A stretch of DNA of 62,158 bases, counting the filler, from Sphacelaria rigidula (lineage: Eukaryota), in assembly GCA_964200075.2 (NCBI GenBank). It is 6 parts of 6 records of this genome, joined end to end, with 100 filler letters (N's around TTAATTAATTAA, not from the genome) between each part and the next. Parts side by side here need not be neighbours in the genome. Positions count along the whole stretch, not along the records: positions 31,132 to 41,407 come from CAXNAA020006812.1; positions 41,508 to 51,783 come from CAXNAA020006813.1; 4 more parts are not named here. One strand, given 5' to 3'. Positions within the stretch are counted from its first letter, which is position 1; each line of letters begins with the position of its first letter. This document shows, one piece after another, positions 37,501-49,139 of this stretch. The notes under the pieces were generated by a model that was not told where the DNA came from, did not search any database, and worked only from the letters and a program-made list of their open reading frames with translations. The position numbers were made by a program, and so were the translations under genes.

Positions 37501-40500
37501 TCACTTTCTGTACTGCACTGTCTGTATGCACCACCGTACAGAGTGCTGTACCCCCGTGCAGTTTGTTGAGAGCCCAAGATAAGACGGGTGGATCGGGTTG
37601 GGCGGTCTTGAATGAAGTATGAATCGAACCAACAACCAAACGAAGGCACAGCCGCCAAGAATTGACCTGGTTTTACTGTACGATAGGAACAGAATCCAGA
37701 ACTCCAAAAAAAGAAGCAAACGGCCGCGGTTCAGGTCCTGTCCTGCACGACCCATATCTACCATTTCATGTTTCGACAACACGACCTGTTGATCATGTAA
37801 CAGTGGTCTCTCTCCCTCTCCCTTGTCTAGCTTCGGCTAGGAAGACTACTGCCCATGAATGGAAGCCATTATCGATGAGTATCGAATCGCAAGAACAGCG
37901 GGAAGACGAAGAACGCGAAAAAAAAATGCAACACACACTGCAACATCAAAGCTGTCCTTCGGCTTTTGTGGTACGTAGTCTGTCGGTTTCAAATAAATGT
38001 CGCAGTTTTCAAGATCTGCCATCAAGCAACGAGAAACAGTGCCCGGGGTAAACTCACCAAATGAATGCACCTAGCGTCGGGTTAGCATTGCCTTCCCACC
38101 ACGTCTTCGATGTGATCTCCCGCCACTCCCCAACCTATTATGTTTTGCAATACCTTTCCATCTATCTCCGTCCCCCTAGGCCTAAAATGCTGAAGGTGAG
38201 ACCTGGATTCCTGCTCACGGAGGAACAACCTGGGGCTCATTAATTAACCATTGGTTCCCTCAATAACAGTCTTTGTCCATGTCTATATTCATACTACAGT
38301 ACAGCAAAAATTGCCCCACTCTTGTCCTATTCCGCCCACCCCAGATTACGAAAAACTACTCGCCCAGTAGGAATTCACTGGCGTTCCATTCCAGGATCTG
38401 GCTCAATACAGAAATATGATAAATAAATACAGCTCACCGAGAGAAATCCGGGTCGAAGGTGCAAGAAAATATGGATTCCCCGGCCTCTCTCATTATCAAT
38501 GTTCATATATTTATATTTATATCTACTGTTATTGTGCATGTGTACAATATTGGTCGGTGTTGGAGATATTATTCCTTTTGAGAGGGAAGCAGACCCGCTG
38601 TCACTTGGAGTGATCAATTCAGTTGTACGCCGCGTACAACATGCATATATTATTATAGATAGCGGTAGGTGGGTGATGAAAACACTCAACAAGAGACCAG
38701 CCGCGGGGAACGAGTGCCCTTGCCCCTTTGGCCATTGATTGCTCATCTAATTTCAAGTTTTCTGCTGCTGTATTTTCATAGGAATATGGTGTCAAGGGGG
38801 GCAATATCACACTGAGACTATTCTTATAATTCGATTGATAATGCCACCTCCCACTCGTTGGTTCATCCGGTACCAGATTCACTGCTTTAGTGGGAAAGTT
38901 GAGGGAACCCCGTGATAGACAGACAATGGATTAATAATAATGTAGTATTTTCTCAGCGGTGGTGGTATCCATCTTCCACGCGCGTAGTGTGTGTACACCA
39001 ATATGTAGACCGTGGGTATGATGCGTCTATCATGAATATAGCAGAGAAAAAGTTGGACGGAAGTTGTCGAGGTGCACGAAAGTGCCACACCCTGGATAAC
39101 AGACAACATTGGCGGAAGCAAGAAGTGCCACACCCTGGACAACGGACAACGTTGGCGAAAGAAAAAAGTATGCTGGATACAGTACAGCACTGATCCCTCA
39201 GGAGACAACAAATATTCAATACTGTACGCAGTACACATTTCGCCAATGTCGCCTGTTGTCCTGGGTATGGGAAGTGCTGATCTGACCGTCGATAAGAAAA
39301 GTGTCAGTGAGGTATCGGGGGGAATACGGGTTCATCGCTTACTTGAAACTCCGAACTTGTCCCATAATCCCACGTTTATATGTGTATTATTATCACGCGG
39401 AAGGGGGAGAGGATACCTGTATCCTGCTGTTGATCTGAAGCACAGTTACGCATGGAATAAAGTTATTATTAGTAAGAGTCACAGCACGAGCGTTCCCGTT
39501 TTTTTGCAGATATCTCGTCCATCTACAGACGGTACACACTTGCTGGGGTACCACCACGCAGTATTCAAAAGTAAACGCAGACTGACCGTACAGTTGTACT
39601 AACATACAGCGCTCTAGATTGCATTCTCCTACCGTCTACCACGACTACCTACAACATCGACTTCAGCACAACGACTTCTGCCGCTGCTGTGCCTGACGTA
39701 CAATCAAGAGTCTTCGTATGTAATTAGACATTATACAACAGTTCGTGTACATTACATGATTCCAAGAGAGACGCCAACAACAGTAGCAGCGATTTTGACG
39801 TACTAGGTGAGTGGGGGCGGCTTCGTGCATACCGCTACGTAGTGCACACCACAATGCACGTGTACCCGGAACCAACGGCTGTTGCTGCTACTCCACAGCA
39901 GCGTCCGGGATGGTCAAATGATGATGGGTGTCAAAATTGCAGGCAGTTGCGGCAATTTTGGAAGAGGGGCCTCTCTTCTCAACCTGAGATGCCATCAGAC
40001 AGCGGCAGAGGTTCGTGCTCGCTAAAAACTAGGGCTGGAGCTGGTGCTGCTGGCGGGGTTTCGCTTGTGAGAGTTGCGTTGACTGCTGCCTTGCTGGTCT
40101 GCGGTTGTTCTTCATCTGACGGGTGAGTGCGCAGCTGTCTGTGGTTTCCAACTCCTGGCAGTGATTTGTGTGTTCCGTTATTGCTTTTATCGAGTTCTAC
40201 GGCATACAATATTTCAATTGAAGAACATCTTGATGTTGACAGTTGGTGCATGATATGTTTGAGAAGAGACGCGGTAATAAAACGATCAGACAGAAAAACC
40301 CATTTACTTGTGTAGATAATAGATTACGTTGGATTCAAATTGAAATACAGCATGTGTATTTGAGATACAGAATAATATTTATTTTCGCCCGTTATCTTGT
40401 TGCACACCCTTTTCAACGACATCACACACCCATCTATCGTGATCAGGAGCCTGCCTCCAAAGTCTCCCAGGGCGTGCACTGGTACTCTATAGTACTCGCT

Positions 40501-41334
40501 GCAGTAGGCCATCTCTTTCGTTGCAAGATATCGGTATCGTTCTCTCTAGCAGTGATATTCAAACTATTCGTAACATATTTTTCGCTTTCGGGCGGGGGGG
40601 GGGGGGGGGGAGGGGGGGGGGTAGTGTTGCGGTACAGTGCGCATGCTCTCTTGAGGATGTGTGGGCGATAGTGGGACACGTGCACAACGCTCGTGATATG
40701 AAAAAGAGATACGGATATGTGTAGTTTTTGAACACATGTCAATGAGCATCAGCAGATAAGTACATCATAGATGCACAGTTCATTTCAATACGACTTGATT
40801 TTGTAGTGATCTTCATCTTTGCTATAACAGGGGAAGGGGAACGAACGTTGGTGGAAGCCCCCTACAAGCGAAGTATTATTTGGGTGACAGTTCAGCTGCT
40901 GCTGGCAACATTTTTCTTCGGAACAGTTGTCGCTGTCGAGTGGATTCGGTGCCATTCGGCCATTGAGCAGTCGTCTCTTCCTTGCGAAGAGTTCATCGGA
41001 TCAGACGTGCAACTCTATTTCAGCTCTTTCATGGTGACTCCGACTGCCCATCATGAATTCACACCATGCTTAGTGATGATCGAGAATGAAGAGTCGAGAG
41101 TTATCAGGGCTATTGCGGTCTCGCCGGTGCCGGTTCGGCGCTCAACCGGGTTTTGGTGCCGGGGTCCTGAGCCCTGAGCCAGACTTTCCCACAATTCTGC
41201 TATCCATTTTACAGTGTAACCCTAGCACTGCAGCGTACTGCAATCTTGATTGTTTCAGGTTTCAATCCTTACTCGCAGTGTAGCATGAAGGTGTCATGGC
41301 ATTTTGGGATTTTTTTTATCCCTTTGTACCCGGT

Positions 41335-41407
41335 GCCGGTCGCCCCGGTGGCTCAGTTGGTAACCTCGTAACCTTCCGATGGTTGAGTTGGGGGGTTCGA
41401 TTCCCGG
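41335..41407 (+). mobile_element. SINE 5' tRNA-like head, cut by the contig end
   Basis: A-box tggctcagttgg, B-box ggttcgattcc. Matches the 11348 head. Confidence 0.8.
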
Positions 41408-41507
41408 NNNNNNNNNNNNNNNNNNNNNNNNNNNNNNNNNNNNNNNNNNNNTTAATTAATTAANNNNNNNNNNNNNNNNNNNNNNNNNNNNNNNNNNNNN
41501 NNNNNNN
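41408..41507. other. artificial contig spacer
   Basis: N run with TTAATTAATTAA. Confidence 0.97.
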
Positions 41508-42729
41508 GGGGACGGAGCAGGTGACCGTCGGCATGAAGAAGCACATGCATGCTACAGTCTTCACGGGAAAGACGGCCGCCGGGATCTACGAGGGAGTCCC
41601 TCACCCGCTCTTCCGCATGGGTGTTCCATACTGGAGTGCGCACCTGCATTCGACCTGAAGGAGGTGAATGCCGCACAGCGAGATAACATACTCGCTCGCT
41701 ACAACGCCGTCCACAGTCGGCTAGCTGCCCTCTACCCCCTCGGTGCGTTGCACCTCTAAGCACCACAAGTAGTGACACTGTATCCTGATCGCTGTGTACT
41801 CTATTTATTTTGTTTTCGCTGCGGACGGCGGGTCCAAGTTTCTCACCCTTATTTCTCATATCATTTTCCCCACCGCAGGAGCGCATCCGAGCCCTGAATA
41901 CCTCAGATGCACTGCCTCCACCCTCCCGTGCGACGCGCAGATTTCGACAAACAGCAGACCATCAAGGACGACATGGCGACGTCCCACCGACTTCTGGCCG
42001 CGAAAGGCTCAGTACCGTGGAACCTCCCGTGTCATTGGTTCAAGCGTAATGGCCTGCAGTCATCTGGAGGGTCACGGGAAGAGAGAGCGGGGGCAGATGG
42101 GGATGTTGATGTAGTCGAGGGGTCTGTGGGGGGGCGGAAGGCGCCTGTCGGTGAGGATTCGGGAAAAGGTGGTGTCGATAGCTTAGTGCTAGGTAGCGGG
42201 GGCGACGGAGATGGCAATCCAGCAGGGTACGTTCCCTCGTTCGACAAGGGGCATTTTGTTTTCTTTCTCGGTGACAAAGCTCCGAGGTTACGGACAAGCG
42301 CGAGGGGACCGATGGCGAAGCAGGAGAAGTTCAGATGCGCTGGTGGTCGCCGGCCACCTCCGCCATTCGAAACAACGCTTTTGCCTATAACATCGGCGAA
42401 TACGGCAAAGGGAAAATCACGGCAAATTACAAGACAGTGGGAAACAGTGAAGGGTGTACAATAGGCAGTAAGAGCAAGAGGCCAAAGTAAGTGCAGGACG
42501 TAGAGTGGATGCAAGCAGAGCTGGTTGTCGCTTCGTGCGAGAAGCTAAACGTTGGTGACAGGATTCCCAAGCCAGTATTGGATACAATGGAGAAGAGGGC
42601 CAGGGGTTGATGCGTAGCTTTCCTGTCTTTTCCTCATCGCATCAGTCGCGGGAGATTGGGGACTTCGACTATCGTCGTGATGTCGTGATTCAGCACGCGA
42701 GGCCTCGGGTTGCCCGGGTGGATCCCTAG

Positions 42730-43180
42730 GTGATCTGTTGGAGTGCGACCAGCATAATCAAGGGCCCATGCACCCGTGACGAGGTTGATCTATTTCTTGA
42801 CAAGAGTTCCTCCCACACTATCGTCCGTCGTAGTAGGGCTGGTGTTGTGTCGAGTGGTCCATTGCAGCGGCATGTATGCTCGAACCTGGTAGAATCCGCA
42901 CGGATATTAGATATCATTGCCTTCTCTAGAACGCGCTGTCACACTATTCCATGATATCCCATTTTTATATCCTGATTTGGTATGTGCTCGTCTCCGGGAT
43001 AGTGAAAGCTACTTCTCTCTTCATGCCCGTCAGTGACGATCAGCTTGACGCCGTATATTTTCTGCTGGACACGGGCTCGAGGCACCACAGTGAGAACATC
43101 ATGGACAAACGATCGCTCTCCCATGGACAAATTGTTGACATGGTTCCCGCTTTTTCTTCTGACCATGGTGAAGTTTGACG
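42730..43180 (+). pseudogene. possible ankyrin-repeat gene remnant
   Basis: TSLFMPVSDDQLDAVYFLLDTG followed in a shifted frame by TTVRTSWTNDRSPMD, and EVDLFLDK upstream, resembling the ankyrin consensus. Confidence 0.3.
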
Positions 43181-43440
43181 CCGTTCGTCGCCCGCAGCTA
43201 ACCGGGGATGGGCGGCATGTGCAACCACGGACGCACTTCCTACTCCTCCCCAAAATTACACACCAACAGCGTCGTGCGGTACTCTTGAGGGATTTTTTAT
43301 ATTCAACGGCTAGGGTCTTCAAACCTCATTCCATTTATAAAACTCATTTTATAGAATCCCCTGTTATATGCCACTGCAGAGTTGTCTTGTTTTCAGGGTA
43401 GTACCCTATACTCCATATAATGGGGTCATCTTTTGAGCAG

Positions 43441-43520
43441 TTTTTCGAAAAGTCCTCGTTGTTTTTCGAAAAGTTCTCGTTGTTTTATATAAAGTTCTCG
43501 TTGTTTTTTTAAAAGTATTC
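43441..43520. repeat. 21-bp tandem repeat
   Basis: tttttcgaaaagt(c/t)ctcgttg, about 3.5 copies. Confidence 0.8.
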
Positions 43521-44044
43521 CGAAAAAGACGAGAGTCTTTTTTGTCACAGAGATCTAATGCCGAATCTGGAATAGCCTGAGACAACAACCAATTTGAGGA
43601 TTGAAATGAGACAACAACCAATTTGATAATTGAAATACTCCCTCTGTTCCGGAATATAATTCCGATTTGGATTCTCCAGAAACAAGTCCGGTTTCGCACT
43701 TGGGAGCATTAGAAAAGGTATTTTTGCGCCATTTGTTTTTCATCGTGCTCGGACAGGTAATGCAGTTGAAGTTGTGGCCAAAAACAGGGGACGATCAATT
43801 TTCATCCCCTTCCATGGCTTTTTTTCCCCCGAGACGGATCCTCCAAATACCTGGTGAGTAAAGAAAACTAGCGTGTTGTTTTTTCTCCCGTACAGAGCGA
43901 GTAAAAGTTTTTTTTCCAACCCTCTTTTTTGTGTGCAACGTGGCCATGTGTGGCTACCTATAGACGGATACTTTGAGGGAAAAAAAAACATCTTCCCTTT
44001 TGACCGGAGGAAAAACTACACGGTACCAAAAATTGGGACCTTTC

Positions 44045-44377
44045 TATTGGAGGATTCACGCGGAACCCCTTTGTCGTGGTCGCTAGAGTTGGCGCAATGG
44101 CTATTAAGCCAAACAAGCAGACAGGCTGCTCCGGACTGTAGACAGAAGATAGTATTCAAGGTGCCGCTTGTGGGCAAGACAATACAAACAACCCACCGGG
44201 GTACACGGTCAAAAGAGAAGAGTGCTTCATGTATAACAGCTGCTAACCCACAGTATACGCCCCCACATCAGACCAAACCTTCGTGACCGGTACCTGCGAT
44301 CCCAACACTACATATATATAAAGTCAATACCATACGAAGCGTTGAAGAGCATGGCTCAAGAGCCTCATTTTCCAACA
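44045..44377 (-). repeat. Copia-2 3' LTR
   Basis: About 95% identical (by eye) to 48508-48842. Confidence 0.95.
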
Positions 44378-44478
44378 CTCCCCCTCAACGCAAGTATAAT
44401 TCTTAACCCTTCACACTCCCCCTTAATGCAACTGCGTTCTAGTTTCACACACCCACATCAGTACAACCGTCCCGGCAC

Positions 44479-46450
44479 TCAAGGACGAAATAAGAACTCA
44501 AAGCTACAACCAGGCTGTACTGATATTTTGAATGTGCTGATCATGTTGACGAGGTGGCGGTGCCTGTGTTTGCTGAAGTACTTGGCCCTCATGTCTGCGA
44601 GCTGGTCTTCGGTCTTGACGTAACGAATGTCGATCCTTCCCTCCTCGACTAATTCCTGAATGAAGAAGTACCGTAGAGCTACGTGCTTGACTCTCGAGCT
44701 GTAAGTTCGGTTGCCTGCGACGTGGAGAGTTGAAGTGTTGTCGATGTAGACAGGAACGGAGTCAAAGCGTGTGCCAAATCCCATCTCCCGCATCATATTC
44801 GAGCAAAAGATGTCTTCCTTCATGGTGAGTGTAGCGGCCACGAGTTCTGCTTCCATCGTCGATTGCACGGTGAGTCCTTGTAGTCCTACCTGAAAACTGA
44901 TGGGGCCATTCAAGAGAAAGATAAGATATGATGATGTGGATTCCCCGATGTCTGCGTTGTTACCCCAGTTCGCATCTGAGAACGCCGTCAATTGGAAACC
45001 GCCCTGGTTGTAGGTTATGACATGATCTGTGGTGCCGGCCAAATATTGATGTAAGTGTTTTGCAACTGCCATATGCGCCTTCGACGGATTGGACATCGCC
45101 CGCGCCAGTTGATTCACGACTTATCCAATGTCGTAGCGTGTCACGTGAGCGAGATACATCACACTGCCCGTAATGGCCTGGAAACGCTTTTTGTCCTCCT
45201 TGTTCAAAGCTTTCTCCTTCGGCTGGTCCAGTGACAGTTCTTGTCACACCAGCAGTGTATGCTGGATTGCAATTCGCCAACCCGTATCGTTCCAGGAGGG
45301 ACTTGGTGTAACTTTTCTGGCTGATGGTGATTGTCTTCCTAACGCGATCACGAACAACCTCCATTCCTAGCACTAACGATACACCTACCATATCCGTCAT
45401 CGAGAAACGTCCCATCAGTTTATGCTTGATCCTCCAAAGCAGCAGTACCATGCGGATGCTTTGGATCCTGCAGACCGGTGCGAAGGTGCTGTCACAGTCG
45501 ACGCCAGGGACTTGTCCCCAACCCTGCACGACGACTCGGGCCTTGTGCGAGAAATCCGCTTTCTTCTGGTACACCCATCGGGACCCGATTAACCTGTGTC
45601 CAGTTAGGACGGAGCTTGACGGCACTAGAGTATACACGTTGTTCCTTCTTAGGCTATCCATCTCCTTATCTGATGCCGCCTTCCATTGTTCCTTTTCGGG
45701 GAGACTAATGGCCTCATTGAACGTGTTTGGGATTCTTTCGGTTTTCTCCCCCACTGGGCAGCTCGAGAGGTTGGTAGTTGTGTAGGCATACTCCACGACT
45801 GATTCCGCCCCTAACGTCTGGTGCAAGACATCTGGCAGGAGCGGGTTGGTGTGTATTTGCAGTCGCCGTAGCTCGGAGAGCATTTTGTCGTCCACAGTGA
45901 CTGAAAGGTGCCCAGAAGTTGCGCCGTCGTTGTTGGTGTTGCGTTCCCTGAAGGAGAGCGCTGCAATGCCTGCGCGCGTCATGGCGGGAGTTACTTGATG
46001 GCGAGAGTGTCGAGAGCGGTTGGGCAGTGGTGATTCGGCTGATGATGTGGACTGCCTAACTTCGTCCCAAGAAGGGGGTGCAGTTTGTTCTAGCGGCGCA
46101 CGGCTCTCCGGTGACGTTGTTGGCGACGTCTCTTCACGAGGTGTGTCATCGTTGTGCGGTATATCCCGCTTGGTAATGGCGCTGATTCTCTCCAGCAGCT
46201 CGGCCACCTGTGGATCGTTAAAGATCCCGCTGGCAGTGATATGACCAACGGAGGCGTGAGCCGGTTGAGCTAGTACGGAGGTATTATCGCGAAGATCACG
46301 GAAGAAGTCGTCGTCGGTGACGTAATTGTGGCCCTCTCTGTTACTGGAGTCCTGGTCACCAAGTGAAAGTGGGTTGTAGACTCGGTAGCTCTTACTGCCA
46401 TTACTGTACCTAGCTAGTCGTCCTTCAACTGCTTTGAGAGCAAGTTTCGA
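44479..46450 (-). pseudogene. pol: Copia post-integrase region, RT (core deleted) and RNase H
   Basis: KAVEGRL.RYSNGSKSYRVYNP, GSRWVYQKK, KARVVVQGWGQ, FSDANWG, STMEAEL, KHVALRYFFIQE, QLADM. Confidence 0.9.
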
Positions 46451-46884
46451 AGGTGCCGCGAGAGCCGTCCCATCATCAGCATCAGTGTTTCCGCCAACGT
46501 TTCAGCTGTGTCGTCGAGGTTCGACGTGACCCGGGGGTATAATGAGTTCCCAAACATCAACCAGACGTAGTGCACTACGGCTATTACGGCCAGCGCGCGC
46601 ACTAGTGAGGAAAGTCTCTCCCTGATTCCCCGCAGTAGGTTGCGAGCTCTGCGCCAGAACCCCGGACCTCCGGCCTCCTCTCCGTCGGCCTCTTCGAAGG
46701 CGCCGAAGAGGCCGCTGCTGTCAAAAGAAGCAACGGGTTTGTTCGTTGGAGCGAAAGGCCAAATGTTGTCCGCTTGGGGATGGTTCGCTTTGGACGCTTC
46801 TAGGGCATTAAAGGAGATGGTGGGAGGATGCTCCCTTGTACCGGTGGCTGGTGGGTACCCTGACCATTGTGCGAAATTGGCTGT

Positions 46885-47802
46885 CTACTGGTTGCGTTGT
46901 TGCAAGGAACGGCAGTCTTCTTCGCTGTGGATTGTTGACCTGTGGAAAGAGCACCACTTGCCTACATTCCCATTGTTTCCCCCGTCCTGATCGTCTCCCC
47001 CTGTCAGTGCTCGGGTCGCACTTCGGGCGGGGCAATTTCTCCTAACGTGACCTTGCTTTCCGCAGTGGTAGCATGTTACTTGATTTCTTTTACTGCCATC
47101 ATTCCGTCCACTAGCCTGCATAGCAACCCCACGGCTTGCGACCGAGTTGGTGGCGTCCGATCGTGAAAGGTAGTCAGCATACATGGTGCTGACCATGTAT
47201 CTGAGGTCCGACAAATTAAAATCGCGCCTCTCACAGCTAGCAATGCGGACCCTATCATACTCGGCAGGTAAGGCTCGAAGGATAATGTCCTCATATCGTT
47301 CGCCAGGCACGGACTGCCCCATTTCCTCCAGGCGGTCACGGTAGCTATCCATGACAAACAAAAAATCTTCCGGATCATCCCCTGACTGCATCGTCGTATT
47401 GTGGAGTTTATCATGGAATTACCTGCGTGCCTCTTTTGTGTTGCCGTCATATTTTTCTTGCAGCGCTGCCCACGCTGCTTGGCCATTACCAACCCCGTCC
47501 TCGTGGCTTTTCCCCATGAAACGTCTCACGGTATTGTTCGCTGATTTTTCGATGGTGAAAAATAATATGCTGAACAGGTCATTGTTTGCGCGATTCCAAG
47601 CCAGTGAAGTTGCCGTATCACGGGTTGACGGTTCATCACCAATTACGGTGCGTGCGGGTCTCTGCCGCCTCTGCAGAATTTCTGCGGCCGCATTATGGTG
47701 GAGGGAGAGGATCACCCGTAGTTTGTCTTGGTACTCTCGGAAACCAGCCTTGTCTCTGCCATCAAATCTTGTACACAACTTGAGTACCGCATTGTCCGTC
47801 AT
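46885..47802 (-). pseudogene. gag: Copia Gag with CCHC knuckle (stop near 47419)
   Basis: AWAALQEKYDG, ILRALPAEY, CYHCGKQGHVRRNC. Confidence 0.9.
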
Positions 47803-48494
47803 GATAATCCTCCTTGTCGCTTTGCTCCAAAGTAACGAGTATAGTATAACGTGTTCCGATACCACCACACAATCGGCCTTGATCACCGTCGCTTGACTTG
47901 TCGAGGGAGGACGCGAAAAAAGAGTGCAAATGGATCGAACTCGAATACATCCCCCACCAGGATAGCGGCCCCCCACAACGCCGCTTAACTTGAGCAGCCT
48001 GGAAGGTGTAGATAGACAGTCAGTGTACACGATTTTACAAACACCGCTCACGGTTGTGCACTTGGAAAGTAGACGCTTACAATTTTCCCCCCAAAAGGAT
48101 CCGACTACTGACTGTTGCCCCAGGTCAGCCGTGATGTCGGGCGCGCTGTTGTCGATTCACCTTCCAAACATGGATCACACACCCTACTCGGTTCCGGTGG
48201 TGGTATCCTGCTGTAGCGCCAGACGAGAACAGATGCGTGCCGTCGCTATTGCAGGGTTACTACCGTACCTTATTCTACGATTGTCCCGCTTTTTCAAAAT
48301 CACGTGTATTACCAGGTGCGCACAGAAAAGTGCCGTCCTCACTTCGTGACACACTGTAGCACTGCCGGTGCCAGACCCACACAGGTGTGGTGTCGTCTCT
48401 CCTTTGACTCAACTCACGTTGTTTTCCAGTAAAGATCCTTCCTTTTTGCTGCTGTCTTCCTTCTTCCAAAGTTAGCTCCGTACACGCCAGCGAC

Positions 48495-48507
48495 GAGGCT
48501 CATAACC
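48495..48507 (-). promoter_or_regulatory. primer-binding site of the internal (half-molecule) tRNA-iMet type
   Basis: GGTTATGAGCCTC directly after the 5' LTR, resembling the GGTTATGGGCCC PBS of Drosophila copia-type elements. Confidence 0.7.
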
Positions 48508-48842
48508 TGTGAGAGGATTCACTCGGAACCCCTTTGTCGCGGTCGCTAGAGTTGGCGCAATGGCTGTTAAGCCAAACAAGCAGACAGGCTGCTTCGGACT
48601 GTAGACAGAAGATAGTATTCAAGGTGCCGCTTGTGGGCAAGACAATACAAACAACCCACCGGGGTACACGGTCAAAAGAGAAGAGTGCTTCATGTGTAAC
48701 AGCTGCTAACCCACAGTATACGCCCTCACATCAGACCAAACCTTCGTGACCGGTACCTGCGATCCCAACACCACATATATATATAAAGTCAATACCGTAC
48801 GAAGCGTTGAAGAGCATGGCTCAACAGCCTCATTTTTTAAAA
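48508..48842 (-). repeat. Copia-2 5' LTR
   Basis: Direct repeat of 44045-44377. Confidence 0.95.
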
Positions 48843-49139
48843 CTTTCAAGTGAAAGAACGACGTGAAGGGAAAATAAATGGGAAAAAAGTGTTTTTTTCG
48901 AAAAAAACAATGTGTTCGGGGTGGGAATCGAACTCGCGACTTCAAGGAAAGATCGCCACGTTGATTTTTTTTGCGTTTAGTCCAAATCGAACTTATATTC
49001 CCGAACGGAGGGAGTTGTCACCATCAAGTCTTCACTCAAAATAAACACAGTACCATCCGTCACATGTGGTGACGTTTTTGTTACTCCCTCTCGCCAGATG
49101 AATATTAGCGAAAGGCTAGATCGCACAGTTGGAGCTCAC

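Larger units (their letters stand above)
44045..48842 (-). mobile_element. internally deleted Ty1/Copia element with two LTRs and 5-bp TSD CTTTC
   Basis: LTRs 44045-44377 and 48508-48842. CTTTC at 44040-44044 and 48843-48847. PPT (ctccccctc on +) at 44378. PBS ggttatgagcc on the minus strand. Confidence 0.96.

Noticed and set aside
41335-41407. tRNA gene
   Set aside because: Matches the SINE head seen at 11348 and 59581; no convincing cloverleaf.
43055-43080. Aspartic protease motif LLDTGS
   Set aside because: Context fits an ankyrin-like helix better, and there are no retroelement domains nearby.
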